From a bacterium (lineage in GTDB: Bacteria > UBA10199 > 2-02-FULL-44-16 > JAAZCA01): a stretch of 64,000 nt of DNA. The stretch spans positions 384,001-448,000 of the forward strand of contig CAXXGI010000002.1 of NCBI GenBank assembly GCA_963674695.2. Reading direction: 5' to 3'. Position numbers and translations under genes: made by a program. Shown here in pieces: positions 48,269 through 59,281 of this stretch. The notes under the pieces were generated by a model. The model saw only the letters and a list, made by a program, of their open reading frames with translations. It ran no database searches and had not been told where the DNA came from. Every line of letters begins with the position of its first letter. Position 1 is the first letter of the stretch.

Positions 48269-49093
48269 TTATTGCGACCAGGCGATCGGATCGAGGCGGT
48301 AATACTCATGCAGCATGCGATAGAGCCCGGGCCGTTCCTGGGCGAGCGCCGCCGGCTTGGTGAAGAAGGCCTCGGTGGAGACGGCGAAGAATTCGGCGGG
48401 GTTGGTCGCCCCGTAGGCATCGAGGACATCGCGCTGACCGTGCATCGTCTTCTGCGTAAGCTCGGTGAAGGTGCGCCCCATGACGCGCGCCCAGGCGACG
48501 TACTGGGCGCGATCTCGGAGTACCGGCGTTCCATCTCCCGCGCCATCCTCCTGATCGAGTTGGTGCGCAAATTCATGCAACACGACGTTGTGTCCGCAAT
48601 GCGCATCGCGCGCCTGTTCCTGAACATGATCCCAGGCGAGCACGACCACGCCGCGCGTCCAGGATTCGCCCAGCCGAACGCTCTGCTCCTGCACGACGGT
48701 GTTTCCCATCGGGCGGGTCTGCGGAGCGATGTAGGCACCGGGATAGACGAGGATCGCATCGCATTTGGGGAAATAGGTGATCTCTCGCCCCAACAGCAGG
48801 AGGCAGGCCTGTGCCGCGATGATGATCTTCATCTCTTCGGTCAGCGTCAGCCCTCCGCACCCCTCGAAGTGTTTTTCCCCGAGAAAATTGTGGAGGTGTC
48901 CGGATAGCTCCGGTTTGTGCCGATCCGGCAGCAGGCGATAGAGATCGACCTCGCGTTCGAGGATTAGGCGCCAGTCTTCGGGCAAGGGGGTCGACATCAA
49001 TCGCCGTCGGCGTGCGGCACGCCGCGCGTGTTGGATGCCGATGCCGGTGGGGATGGCGACGGCAGCGACGACGAGCAAGGGGAGACTGAGCAT
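48269..49093 (-). CDS. M90 family zinc metallopeptidase (MtfA-like)
   Basis: IAAQACLL, LGESW, NVVLHEFAHQLD, YGATNPAEFFAV. Confidence 0.93.
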   Translation of the reverse strand: MLSLPLLVVAAVAIPTGIGIQHARRAARRRRLMSTPLPEDWRLILEREVDLYRLLPDRHKPELSGHLHNFLGEKHFEGCGGLTLTEEMKIIIAAQACLLLLGREITYFPKCDAILVYPGAYIAPQTRPMGNTVVQEQSVRLGESWTRGVVVLAWDHVQEQARDAHCGHNVVLHEFAHQLDQEDGAGDGTPVLRDRAQYVAWARVMGRTFTELTQKTMHGQRDVLDAYGATNPAEFFAVSTEAFFTKPAALAQERPGLYRMLHEYYRLDPIAWSQ

Positions 49094-49234
49094 GCTTCCT
49101 CCATTTCCCGCCCACCATACGGCAGGCGGCATACACAAGACAAGCCCAGAAGCGAGCCTTGAACTCTCATGGGCATGGGCGTATCATGATGATCTCGATT
49201 CGGCTGGATAAACGGAGACAATAAAGGAGGGGAT

Positions 49235-49600
49235 ATGGTCTATGTCATAACCAGTATCGGTGTGCTCCTGTTGGTGGTCGCGGTGGTCGGGCTCGTGCAG
49301 CCCCAGCGCATCAAGCAGTTTCTCATCTGGGCCAAGGAGGGAAAACGCTGCTATATGGGCGGCGTGATTCGCATTCTCTTCGGCGCCCTGCTCATTATCG
49401 CCGCGCCGCGCGCGCATTTTCCCTACATCCCCATGGTGATCGGCATCATCATGTTGCTGGCTGGGATCGCTTTCTTCGTGATCGGTTTGGGTCGTATCCA
49501 TCGCATGATCGATTGGTGGCTGGAAAAAGCCGACAATGCCATGCGCGCCGGCTTGGCCGTTGTGGCTCTCATCGGACTGCTCCTCATCTATTCGCTCTGA
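49235..49600 (+). CDS. Hypothetical membrane protein
   Basis: AAGGAGG RBS; four hydrophobic segments. Confidence 0.75.
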   Translation: MVYVITSIGVLLLVVAVVGLVQPQRIKQFLIWAKEGKRCYMGGVIRILFGALLIIAAPRAHFPYIPMVIGIIMLLAGIAFFVIGLGRIHRMIDWWLEKADNAMRAGLAVVALIGLLLIYSL

Positions 49601-49621
49601 TATAGTTGGACCCTCGGTTTT

Positions 49622-49737
49622 GTCATTCCCGCGGAGGCGGGAATCTCGCTTGTAGGAGCCAATCGAGATCCCCGCTGGAGCCTGTCCCCGAATGCTTGAA
49701 TCGGGGGCGGGGATGACAACGGCAGAATTTGTCATCA
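49622..49737 (+). repeat. REP/REPIN-like element, copy 3 (116 bp)
   Basis: Near-identical direct repeat of 50901-51016; begins GTCATTCCCGC..GCGGGAATC. Confidence 0.88.
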
Positions 49738-49743
49738 CCATTA

Positions 49744-49771
49744 CGCCCGGCACAAGCCGGGCGTTTTTTTT
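49744..49771 (+). terminator. Rho-independent terminator
   Basis: CGCCCGGC-ACAA-GCCGGGCG followed by a T-run. Confidence 0.85.
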
Positions 49772-49934
49772 GTGTCTACGGTTTATAAGTTAAAATGATA
49801 ATTCACATAACTAATCATAATTCGGCTTTATATAAATCACGTGGCATAATGCGAACAGAAATGAGGGAAGGTGTTGGAAAAGAAGCACAAATACTATCAA
49901 CCACAAACAGGCTGGACCAACCCGGGAGGTTACC

Positions 49935-50819
49935 ATGAAGAAGCTCACGAAGAAGATGCGCAAGGGGATCATCACCGCAGCGGCCGTCGTTCCGTTGGCA
50001 TTTGCCGCGGGCTGCGGCGGCAGTTTGGGCAGCACCGACGATACCGCTGACCTGACCGATGGCACGGCGACGGACAATGAGATCATCTCCGTGGCGGTTG
50101 TCGGATCCGGCGCCACCAACCCCTTTGACGGGGACGCGGATGCACAGGAGTTCACCGATCAGACGCAGGCCGACATGAATGCCAAGATCATGGAGGCTGT
50201 CTCCCAGAAGGTGGAAGCCGCCATCAATGATGAACTCATGGCGATGGAAGAAGAAGCGGCGATGGATCCGTCTGCGGCCAAGGACATAAGCGTCGGTTTG
50301 GGTGATCGGGGACTCTCCCTCTTCATCGAGGATGAGGTCGTCCCCTTTGCCGGCGGCACCATGACGCTCAATGGCGAGGTTGGACTGCGATTGAAATTCC
50401 ACAGCTGGAGCAAGCTCTCCCTCATCGCCAGCGGCGAGTTGACATCACAGCTCGAAGGCGTGGAACGCAGCGGTCTCATTCGTGACATCCCCTATTCGCT
50501 CTCCCTGGATGGGTCGAACGACATGGAGATGGAAGGGGCCTTTACTGCCCAGATCAAGCGTTGGAGGATTAAGTCCCTCAAGGCGGATCTGAGTTCCTCG
50601 ATCGTCGATTCCGATGTGGTCGCGAGCGGAACGATCGGTGATCGCGCTGCCAGTGGTGCGGTGAACATGGTCGATGTTTCGGTTCGCGCCGTGAACAACG
50701 ATGTGCTCGCCAACGGGCAGGCCTTCGACATGAGCTGCACGGGCACCGTCGAGACGATGGTCAACGACGACGTGATCGCGGCCTGTCAGATCGACCCTTC
50801 CTGCAAGGGCTGTCAGTGA
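49935..50819 (+). CDS. Hypothetical lipoprotein
   Basis: GGGAGG RBS, AAGC lipobox, terminator downstream. Confidence 0.8.
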   Translation: MKKLTKKMRKGIITAAAVVPLAFAAGCGGSLGSTDDTADLTDGTATDNEIISVAVVGSGATNPFDGDADAQEFTDQTQADMNAKIMEAVSQKVEAAINDELMAMEEEAAMDPSAAKDISVGLGDRGLSLFIEDEVVPFAGGTMTLNGEVGLRLKFHSWSKLSLIASGELTSQLEGVERSGLIRDIPYSLSLDGSNDMEMEGAFTAQIKRWRIKSLKADLSSSIVDSDVVASGTIGDRAASGAVNMVDVSVRAVNNDVLANGQAFDMSCTGTVETMVNDDVIAACQIDPSCKGCQ

Positions 50820-50845
50820 GAGATGCGAGATGATGGTGGTAAAGG

Positions 50846-50875
50846 AAAGGGCGTCCCAAACCGGGACGCCCTTTT
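50846..50875. terminator. Rho-independent terminator
   Basis: AAAGGGCGTCCC-AAACC-GGGACGCCCTTTT. Confidence 0.8.
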
Positions 50876-50900
50876 GTTGAATGCTGACAATCCGATGGAT

Positions 50901-51016
50901 GTCATTCCCGCGAACGCGGGAATCTCGCTTGTGATGGCCAATCGAGATCCCCGCTGGAGCCTGTCCCCGAATGCTTGAATCGGGGGCGGGGATGACAACG
51001 GCAGGGTTTGTCATCA
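50901..51016 (+). repeat. REP/REPIN-like element, copy 4 (116 bp)
   Basis: About 8 mismatches to copy 3, counted by eye. Confidence 0.88.
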
Positions 51017-51028
51017 ATCTTGGTTTGT

Positions 51029-52321
51029 CTAAAACGCAAAGTGGAAGAGCACCGTCACGGTGTCCTCTGCGAGCGTGCTGCCAATATTCACCGGAGCGCC
51101 GTCGAGCGTGCCGCTCTCGTCGAATGCCTTTTCGAAGGCGTGCATATAGCTGAGTGTGGCGGCATAGTGTTCGTTGAAGTCGACGGTCACGCCGAGGGTC
51201 AGGTGGTGTTCCACGATCGCCGGAAAGGCCATCGATCGGAAGGCCTGATACGCGAACTCGCCCGCTTCACCGCCGTTGAGGAGATGCCCCTGCACGCGCC
51301 GTGTGTCCGTTCCGGTGCCGATACTCGTGCCCGAGGCGAATCCGGATTCATTTCGAATCGGGTTGCGGCCATAGTTGTAGCCGGCGCGCACCGTGACGTA
51401 CTTGTTGATCTGATACTGGCCACCCGCGGCGGCGATGTACTGATCGCGCCAGCCGAAATCTTTATATCCCTTCGCCCCAGACCAGTTGATCCACTTGCCA
51501 TCGAGCACGATGAGCAGATTCTCGATCGGCGTGATGGCAAATCCCCATCCGACCTGCTGTGGCTGGTCGAGTTTGAGGGAGTCGCGCGTGCCATCCCCCT
51601 CGAAGTCGTAGACGCGCGAATACTTCATGGGCGACATCGACTTGTAGGTCGCGCCGAAACTGAGCCATTTCACGATCTGCCAGCGCACGCCCACCTTTGC
51701 GCCGAAGCCGAGCGTCTGTTGCAGGCCCTGACCGAAATCGAGCATGCCGTAGTTGATGATGGGAGAGACGCCGAATGCCAGTTTGTTGTCCAGGAACTGA
51801 AAGGCCACGGTAGGGGCGAACTGGAAGAGCTGCTTGGTCGTCTTGAAATCGAGTGCGCCGACGAACTGGTTATAGGGGGCGGGCATGGCGGCAAACGCCG
51901 CGGTGTTGCCGACGTTTTTGTTCACATAATCTACGCCCATGCCGGAGATGCCATAGAAGGCCAGCCCCACCGAACACCAATCGACCACCGGCAGGGCAAA
52001 CCCGACCGTGGGGACGATAAAGTAATTCGCCTCGCTCTGGGTGGTGGTGGCACCTGCGCCGAGGTTGGCGCGCGCATTGACCGTGGGCAAAAAGAGCGTG
52101 CCGCCGACGTCGATGAGCGTGTCGTCGAGCAGGGCGATTCCGGCGGGGTTGAGCAGGATGCCACCCGCGGCGTCCTGCGGAACGGCGGCGATACCCGCCC
52201 CCCCCATGCCGCGCTCCTTGCCGATGCCGATCAGGATGTCGCCGTTGGTGGCATGTGCGGTCGAGGTGATGAGCATCGCCGCGAGGGCGATAAGATACGC
52301 TACGGTCATCTGTCTTTTCAT
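51029..52321 (-). CDS. FadL/TodX/OmpP1 family outer membrane transport protein
   Basis: Signal peptide, GMGGAG, NPAG hatch motif, RAGYNY, terminal Phe. Confidence 0.88.
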   Translation of the reverse strand: MKRQMTVAYLIALAAMLITSTAHATNGDILIGIGKERGMGGAGIAAVPQDAAGGILLNPAGIALLDDTLIDVGGTLFLPTVNARANLGAGATTTQSEANYFIVPTVGFALPVVDWCSVGLAFYGISGMGVDYVNKNVGNTAAFAAMPAPYNQFVGALDFKTTKQLFQFAPTVAFQFLDNKLAFGVSPIINYGMLDFGQGLQQTLGFGAKVGVRWQIVKWLSFGATYKSMSPMKYSRVYDFEGDGTRDSLKLDQPQQVGWGFAITPIENLLIVLDGKWINWSGAKGYKDFGWRDQYIAAAGGQYQINKYVTVRAGYNYGRNPIRNESGFASGTSIGTGTDTRRVQGHLLNGGEAGEFAYQAFRSMAFPAIVEHHLTLGVTVDFNEHYAATLSYMHAFEKAFDESGTLDGAPVNIGSTLAEDTVTVLFHFAF

Positions 52322-52385
52322 GTGTTTTCCCCCTGAATGTTGGCGCAGCATATGATGATCGAACAATGGGGACAATAATAATTCC

Positions 52386-53516
52386 TCAGTTGGTTAAGGT
52401 TATTTCGATATATGGCCCCATTGTGGAATGCCCGGTGCGCGGGATCGTTGTTGGAATGCTTTCTACAATTCGTTTCAGCGCCTGATCCCGCTCCTTCCGA
52501 TTGGCCGGGCGGGGCTGGTAGCCGGTGCGCAGGTTATCGGTGATAATCGGATAGAGGCGAACGGCGTGGGCGATTGGCGTCTGGCGTTCGTCCAGGACCA
52601 GTTCCGCTGCGAGGCTGATCGCATCGACCTTTTTCTGGGCATAGCGACCGGGGCTCAAAAAAACGAAGTTGCCGAGGTTATAGAGGATGAGTCGGTCGCG
52701 ATAACGTTCGATGGTCTGTGCCAGATGGGCACCGTGTCCCACGATGAGATCGGCGCCGGCATCGATCAGGGCGTGTGCGATATGGCGCTGAGCCGCTGTT
52801 CGTCTGCCGTAGTTTTGTCCCCAGTGCGGGGTGACGATGACGAAGATCCCCGGCATGCGTTCTTTGAGATCAGCGATTTGCCGGGCGAGCGCTTCCGCAT
52901 CCAGCGCGTTGACGCCGGGATCGTTGCGATCAGCATAGAAGTGATAATCGTCTCGATAGGTTTTGCCTTGTTGTTCGAATGCGCCGATGAGCGCCAAACG
53001 AAATCGGACATCTCCCACGGGCATGGTCACCACGAGTGAGGCGCCGGCCTCTTTCGCAGAGGCACCGGCGCCGTAGTGGGCAATTTCATGTGCGTCGAGA
53101 AGCCTGATCGATTGGGACAGCCCCTCGGCGCCATAGTCGAAGGCATGGTTGTTGGCGAGTGAGACGATATCGATGCCGTGGCGCGAGAGTGCGGCAGGGG
53201 TTTCCACGACATCGGCATGATGGATATAGCGCTTCTTTCCCGCGAAGGGGGAGCGAGGCATGTTCGTGATCGGTGTCTCCAGATTGCCCACCACGAGGTC
53301 GGCGCTGCCGAGCAGCGGCGCGAGCGCGGATACAGAGGTATCATAACGGCGCTTGCGCGAGGCGTCTGTGGGAAGTCCGCTGCGATAGCTCTCGCCGAAG
53401 GCGATGTCGCCGACGAAGAGAACGGAGTGCTCAGAGCGGCACCCAATCATCACAAGGAGAGTGCTGATAGAGAGCAGGGCGCACAGAAAGCGAATGGACG
53501 AGGAGGCCGATGACAT
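52386..53516 (-). CDS. CapA family metallophosphatase-like lipoprotein
   Basis: FVGDI, GNLETP, SLANNHAFDYG, PHWG, GADLIVGHGAH, YNLGNFVF. Confidence 0.92.
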   Translation of the reverse strand: MSSASSSIRFLCALLSISTLLVMIGCRSEHSVLFVGDIAFGESYRSGLPTDASRKRRYDTSVSALAPLLGSADLVVGNLETPITNMPRSPFAGKKRYIHHADVVETPAALSRHGIDIVSLANNHAFDYGAEGLSQSIRLLDAHEIAHYGAGASAKEAGASLVVTMPVGDVRFRLALIGAFEQQGKTYRDDYHFYADRNDPGVNALDAEALARQIADLKERMPGIFVIVTPHWGQNYGRRTAAQRHIAHALIDAGADLIVGHGAHLAQTIERYRDRLILYNLGNFVFLSPGRYAQKKVDAISLAAELVLDERQTPIAHAVRLYPIITDNLRTGYQPRPANRKERDQALKRIVESIPTTIPRTGHSTMGPYIEITLTN

Positions 53517-53560
53517 TGGACGCGAGTCTATCAGGGCACATCTGTTATCACAAGCAGCGC

Positions 53561-53589
53561 AAAAAAGCGGCGCCGATTCGGCGCCGCTT
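53561..53589 (-). terminator. Rho-independent terminator
   Basis: AAGCGGCGCCG-AAT-CGGCGCCGCTTTTTT on the minus strand. Confidence 0.75.
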
Positions 53590-53621
53590 GGGTGATCACA
53601 TATTTGAGATGAGACTGCCCC

Positions 53622-54089
53622 TTAAAACTCCTTCGCAAACGTCGGGCGCAGCTGTTTTTGAAACTCCTCCTGATAGGTCTCCTTCGACATCTGCTTGGCC
53701 GTCTGTACGGCATTCGCATTGCTCTGCGGTGTGGCGTTGAAGCGCACCTTGATCTTTAAATTGCGAACTTCATTTCCATTCGGCAGTGTTTTGACGAGTT
53801 TGACGTTCTCCTGTTCGATCATGAACTGACACTCGTTGAACGAGACGGGATAGCCGTAGGTTTTTTCTACGAGTTTCGGCAATATCGCATTCCACATCTC
53901 GTCGCGGACCTGCTTGCGGCGTTCGGCGCGGGGGGTCGCTGGGTTTACCTGGACGGTCCAATCCAAATCGATTGTCAGGAATCCGTTCTTCTGGATGTTG
54001 CCGGTGACATCAACCGTGTTGGCGGCAAACGCGGGCAGGGCAAAGCCGATGACAAGTGCTAGGACGATGAACGTGCGAATGGTTTTCAT
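53622..54089 (-). CDS. Hypothetical secreted protein
   Basis: AAGGAGG RBS; signal peptide ending AFA. Confidence 0.8.
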   Translation of the reverse strand: MKTIRTFIVLALVIGFALPAFAANTVDVTGNIQKNGFLTIDLDWTVQVNPATPRAERRKQVRDEMWNAILPKLVEKTYGYPVSFNECQFMIEQENVKLVKTLPNGNEVRNLKIKVRFNATPQSNANAVQTAKQMSKETYQEEFQKQLRPTFAKEF

Positions 54090-54161
54090 GTAAAACCTCC
54101 TTGTAGGTGAGTAGGATCTCTATAGGTCATGCCCGAAAGGGCGTCAACCGAGCGTAGATGC

Positions 54162-54797
54162 TTATTTGGTTTGCTCCGGCCCCTTGGCAGCCTCCGGGGT
54201 GAGCGCATTCCTCCAGTGTTTCGTGTAGAAGAAGCGATCCAGATCCTTCTCATGCCGTTTGGCCAGGGCGATATTCTCCGGCGGGATCTGGATGGCAAAT
54301 TCGAGCGCCATGTTGGCGATCGCGGCGCCCTGATCGGAAGCGAGCGCCTGTTCGATGCTCTTTTGGTATTCCGGCGGAACGCTGGTGGTGGCCAGCGTCA
54401 TGCCATAGCTCGACAGGCGTCGGAGCATCTCCGCCTTCGTCGCCTGTGGTTGGATGCTCATGTAGGCGATGACGATATTTCCGGTCAAGCCGATGAACGG
54501 TGCCCAGGTAATCTTCGATTCCTTGAGCGCGGTGCGCACGCCGCGGTCATTCTTGATGCGCATGAGGTAGGCCAGCGCGTCTGCGGTCTTGAGGTCGCCC
54601 CGATCCTTGATGATCTGGGCGCGCAGAGGTCCGCGCATTTCGCCGAAGACCTTCACGAAGAGGGCGTAGTCGTTCTCCGAAATCGGTCGGAGCGCAAACG
54701 AGGCGAGCGATTCATCCGACGTTGTGGCCTTTTTCGGGGCGGCGATCGCCGTCGTGGCCATGAGCATGATAAGGGGAAGGATGAGGAGTCGTTTCAT
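54162..54797 (-). CDS. Hypothetical secreted protein
   Basis: Signal peptide MKRLLILPLIMLMATTAIA. Confidence 0.75.
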   Translation of the reverse strand: MKRLLILPLIMLMATTAIAAPKKATTSDESLASFALRPISENDYALFVKVFGEMRGPLRAQIIKDRGDLKTADALAYLMRIKNDRGVRTALKESKITWAPFIGLTGNIVIAYMSIQPQATKAEMLRRLSSYGMTLATTSVPPEYQKSIEQALASDQGAAIANMALEFAIQIPPENIALAKRHEKDLDRFFYTKHWRNALTPEAAKGPEQTK

Positions 54798-54933
54798 ACG
54801 TCGCTTCTATCGGAAGCGGGGCCTGGGCGCAAAGGGAAAAGAGGCCCATTGCTTCCCACGCGGTCCAATGCGTTGCCGATAGGGCCGGCTTCTGTTACCC
54901 TCTTGCCTGTCCGCATGAATACGGGGAGGTGTT

Positions 54934-55998
<1,065 letters not shown>

Positions 55999-56004
55999 GG
56001 TCGG

Positions 56005-57183
56005 CTACTCGTCTGATTCTTTGGGATCGGTGCGCTCGATGTCGATCTTGATGCGCGTCGGATCGATCGCCTCCAGCGTGATCTTTTGCGGAAAGCTCAA
56101 ATCCGAGGGCGTGATGCGGATGGTCTGCGCGCCCGAGCGCAGACTCAGCGTCTTGAGCACGAGCTGCACCTGGTTGCGGTTGAGGAAATAGAGTTTGCTT
56201 CGCGGGCCTGAAAACGTGACGTTGACATCCGAAGGTGTCACCGTTGCCAGGTCCAACCCCTCGGGCATCTCCACCAGCTTCACGGGGACGTCGAAGGTGC
56301 GGTAGATCACGGCCGATCCATAGACATGCACGAACCAGAGCAGTGCCGCCATCGCCAGCGCAATCGCCTTCTCTCGACTGTTGGTAAAAATCCAACTGGT
56401 CCAGGAGCGCTTGCGCGCGTGCGGTGCAATTTCATCGGCGAAGCGTTCCAGGCGTGCCAGCAGTTCATCCGCGCCACCCACCATTCGCAGTTTTCCGTTT
56501 CGGGCGATCGATATTCCGCCGTTCTCCTCCGAGACGATGAGGCAGAACGCATCGGTTACCTCTGCGAGTCCGAGTGCGGCGGCGTGCCGCGTGCCGTGGT
56601 GGGCCAACTGCTGAAAGTTCTTCGAGAGTGGCAGGTGCACGCCGAATCGAACGACCCGTGCGCCTTCCATCACCACCGCACCGTCATGCCCGATCGAGTG
56701 CGGATCAAATAGGCTCTTGAGCAGCGCTTCGCTCACCCGTCCGCCCAGCTCCGTGCCACCGTCGAGATATCCATCGATGAGCTGACGTCCTCGCAGGGCG
56801 ATGAGCACCCCGATCCGTTCGCGCGCCAGATCGATGATCGTGCGCACGAGCGCTTCATTTTCGTCTCGAGTGGGTTTGTGTCGATGTCGCCCGCGCAGGC
56901 GCGGGTTCATACTCCACACCGCGACGCGTTCGAAGAAGCGCCGGATCTCCTCCTGAAAGATGATGACGAGGGCGAGCAGGATGACGGCGAAGAATCCCTG
57001 CAGCACGCCGGCGGTCAGCTTGAGGTCGAACTGTTGGGCGAGCAGGTAGATGGCGCCCATGATGACGATTCCGGCCAGAACGAATGCCGCGCGCGTGCGC
57101 TTGAACCAGACCAGGATGAGGTAGAGAAAGAGGGCGATGAAGGCGATGTCGATGACATCGGCGAAACCGATCTGTTCCCACAT
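56005..57183 (-). CDS. Diadenylate cyclase (CdaA-like) fused to a YbbR-like domain
   Basis: Three N-terminal TMs, IIFQEEIRR, HDGA, GTRHAAALG, VSEE; then a TM and a VPV..PSDVNVTFSGPR YbbR-like segment. Confidence 0.88.
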   Translation of the reverse strand: MWEQIGFADVIDIAFIALFLYLILVWFKRTRAAFVLAGIVIMGAIYLLAQQFDLKLTAGVLQGFFAVILLALVIIFQEEIRRFFERVAVWSMNPRLRGRHRHKPTRDENEALVRTIIDLARERIGVLIALRGRQLIDGYLDGGTELGGRVSEALLKSLFDPHSIGHDGAVVMEGARVVRFGVHLPLSKNFQQLAHHGTRHAAALGLAEVTDAFCLIVSEENGGISIARNGKLRMVGGADELLARLERFADEIAPHARKRSWTSWIFTNSREKAIALAMAALLWFVHVYGSAVIYRTFDVPVKLVEMPEGLDLATVTPSDVNVTFSGPRSKLYFLNRNQVQLVLKTLSLRSGAQTIRITPSDLSFPQKITLEAIDPTRIKIDIERTDPKESDE

Positions 57184-57202
57184 AGGTTCTCCTCAAGCGT
57201 TC

Positions 57203-57643
57203 CTACGCGGTCGTGGTGATTTCCACGAGTTCGATGTCGAAGACGAGCGGCTTTCCCGCCAGGGGGTGGTTGGCATCGAGCGTGATGCTCTTGTCGGTAG
57301 AAGCGGTGACCACGACCGCGATCTCCTGATCTCCGTCGGCCTGCTTGAGCTCCAACTGCTGGCCGATCTCAGGGTTGATGTCGGGCGGAATCTGGCCGCG
57401 ATCGACCTCGAGGACCATCTCTTCGCGGTAGGGTCCATAGCCTTCCTCGGCGGTGAGCGTCACGGTCTTGGAATCGCCTGCCTTCATGCCCATCACGGCC
57501 TTTTCGAATGCTGGCAACAGTTCGCCGTCGCCCATGGTGAATTCAAGGGGTTCGCCGCCGACGGATGTGTCGAAGGTCGATCCATCTTCGAGTTTGCCGG
57601 TATAATGAACCTTGACCGTGTCGCCCTGTTTGGCCTGCGCCAT
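57203..57643 (-). CDS. FKBP-type peptidyl-prolyl isomerase (SlyD-like, no His tail)
   Basis: VKVHYTGKLEDGSTFD, LDANHPLAGK. Confidence 0.93.
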   Translation of the reverse strand: MAQAKQGDTVKVHYTGKLEDGSTFDTSVGGEPLEFTMGDGELLPAFEKAVMGMKAGDSKTVTLTAEEGYGPYREEMVLEVDRGQIPPDINPEIGQQLELKQADGDQEIAVVVTASTDKSITLDANHPLAGKPLVFDIELVEITTTA

Positions 57644-57831
57644 GATGCCTCCCTTTGCGTTGGTTTCTGAAGACATTCCAGATGCGGGCGCGGAAGTAAA
57701 AGGATTTTGTTCCGAGGGGGAGAATTATCCGAAGTATGCCGCGATTTTTCCCGAGGTGCCCTGATTGACGCTGTCATTCAGTCCAGGCCTTTGGTAGAAT
57801 CGCGCCCGTCATTTTCGAAAAGGAGATTCCC

Positions 57832-59250
57832 ATGGCGCCGCATCGTCACCCTCCAAAGCAACACGGTATTAGCGTCTTCGTCCTGGCGATGATGAACGTC
57901 GCCGTGGTCATGAGCCTGCGCGGCCTTCCGATGATGGCCAAGGAAGGGATCACGATGCTCTTCTATCTGATCTTCGCCTCGCTCCTCTTTCTCGTCCCGG
58001 TCTCACTCGTGAGCGCGGAGCTGGCCACCGGTTGGCCGGATTCCGGCGGCGTCTACCGCTGGGTGAAGGAGGCCTTCGGCCCGCGCTGGGGGTTCACGGC
58101 CATCTGGCTGCAGTGGATTCAGAATACCATCTGGTATCCGACGGTGCTGGCGTTTGCCGCGGCGGCCCTGTCTTATCTCTTTCTCGACCCAAAGCTGGCC
58201 GGGAGCAAACTCTTCAACGTCGTCGTGATCCTGGGTATCTACTGGGGGGCGACCTTCATCAACTTTCGGGGCCTCAAGACCGCGGGTTGGATTACCACTG
58301 CGGGAGTCATCGGGGGCACGATCTTTCCCGGCGCGCTTATCATCATTCTCGGCATCGTCTGGGTCGCCACCGGGCACCCGATTGCCTTCGAGGCGACCTC
58401 ATCCGGGTTCCTGCCGAATTTCTCCAACTTCAGCAATATCGCTTTCCTCGCGGGCATCGTCCTGCTCTTTGCGGGCATGGAGGTGGGCGCCGTGCACGTG
58501 CGCGAGCTTTCCAATCCGAAGCAGGGCTATCCGAAGGCCATCTTTCTGGCCATGTTCATCATCATCATCGTCTTCACCTTCGGGTCGCTGGCCATCGCGG
58601 CGGTCATCCCCGAGGCGAACATCAGTCTGACGGCCGGCATCCTGCAGGGGTTCAAGGAGATGTTGCACATGTTCGGTCTGGACTGGTTTCTGCCTGTCAT
58701 CGGTTTTCTCGCGGCCTTTGGCGCCATCGGTGGCGTCACCGCCTGGATCGCTGGGCCCAGCAAAGGGCTCTTAGCCACCGCGCACAACGGGGAGATTCCT
58801 CCTTTTCTGCAGCATGTGAACAAGAACAATGTGCAGACCCACATCCTCTGGATTCAGGGTGCCATCGTGACGGTCATCTCGCTCGTCTTTCTGCTGATGC
58901 CGAACGTGAGCAGCGCTTTCTTTCTGCTCACCGCGCTCACCGCCATCCTCTATCTCTTCATGTATATCCTGCTCTATGCCTCGGCCATACGGTTGCGCTA
59001 TACGCGCCCCGATGTGGTGCGGACCTATCGCGTGCCGGGAGGGAATTTCGGGATGTGGTGCATCGCAGGCGGTGGCCTTTTGGCGGTCGTCTTCGCCATG
59101 GTCGTCGGTTTCTTCCCGCCGGTGCAGCTGACCATCGGGAGCCCCGTTTTCTATGTATTGTTCCTGATCGGGGGCTGCATCCTCTTCATCGGCGCGCCGC
59201 TTATCATCAACATGCTCAAGAAGCCAAGCTGGATGCCGAAAGAGGGATGA
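57832..59250 (+). CDS. gadC: Glutamate/GABA antiporter (APC family)
   Basis: SLRGLP, AELATG, FAGME, WIAGPSKG; directly upstream of glutamate decarboxylase. Confidence 0.85.
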   Translation: MAPHRHPPKQHGISVFVLAMMNVAVVMSLRGLPMMAKEGITMLFYLIFASLLFLVPVSLVSAELATGWPDSGGVYRWVKEAFGPRWGFTAIWLQWIQNTIWYPTVLAFAAAALSYLFLDPKLAGSKLFNVVVILGIYWGATFINFRGLKTAGWITTAGVIGGTIFPGALIIILGIVWVATGHPIAFEATSSGFLPNFSNFSNIAFLAGIVLLFAGMEVGAVHVRELSNPKQGYPKAIFLAMFIIIIVFTFGSLAIAAVIPEANISLTAGILQGFKEMLHMFGLDWFLPVIGFLAAFGAIGGVTAWIAGPSKGLLATAHNGEIPPFLQHVNKNNVQTHILWIQGAIVTVISLVFLLMPNVSSAFFLLTALTAILYLFMYILLYASAIRLRYTRPDVVRTYRVPGGNFGMWCIAGGGLLAVVFAMVVGFFPPVQLTIGSPVFYVLFLIGGCILFIGAPLIINMLKKPSWMPKEG

Positions 59251-59281
59251 CGCAATCGCCATTCACCACCGGGAGGTTCAT

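Noticed and set aside
3815-51016. GTCATTCCCGC..GCGGGAATC repeats as a CRISPR array
   Set aside because: Copies are dispersed, occur as inverted doublets, have no regular spacers and no cas genes nearby; REP-like instead.
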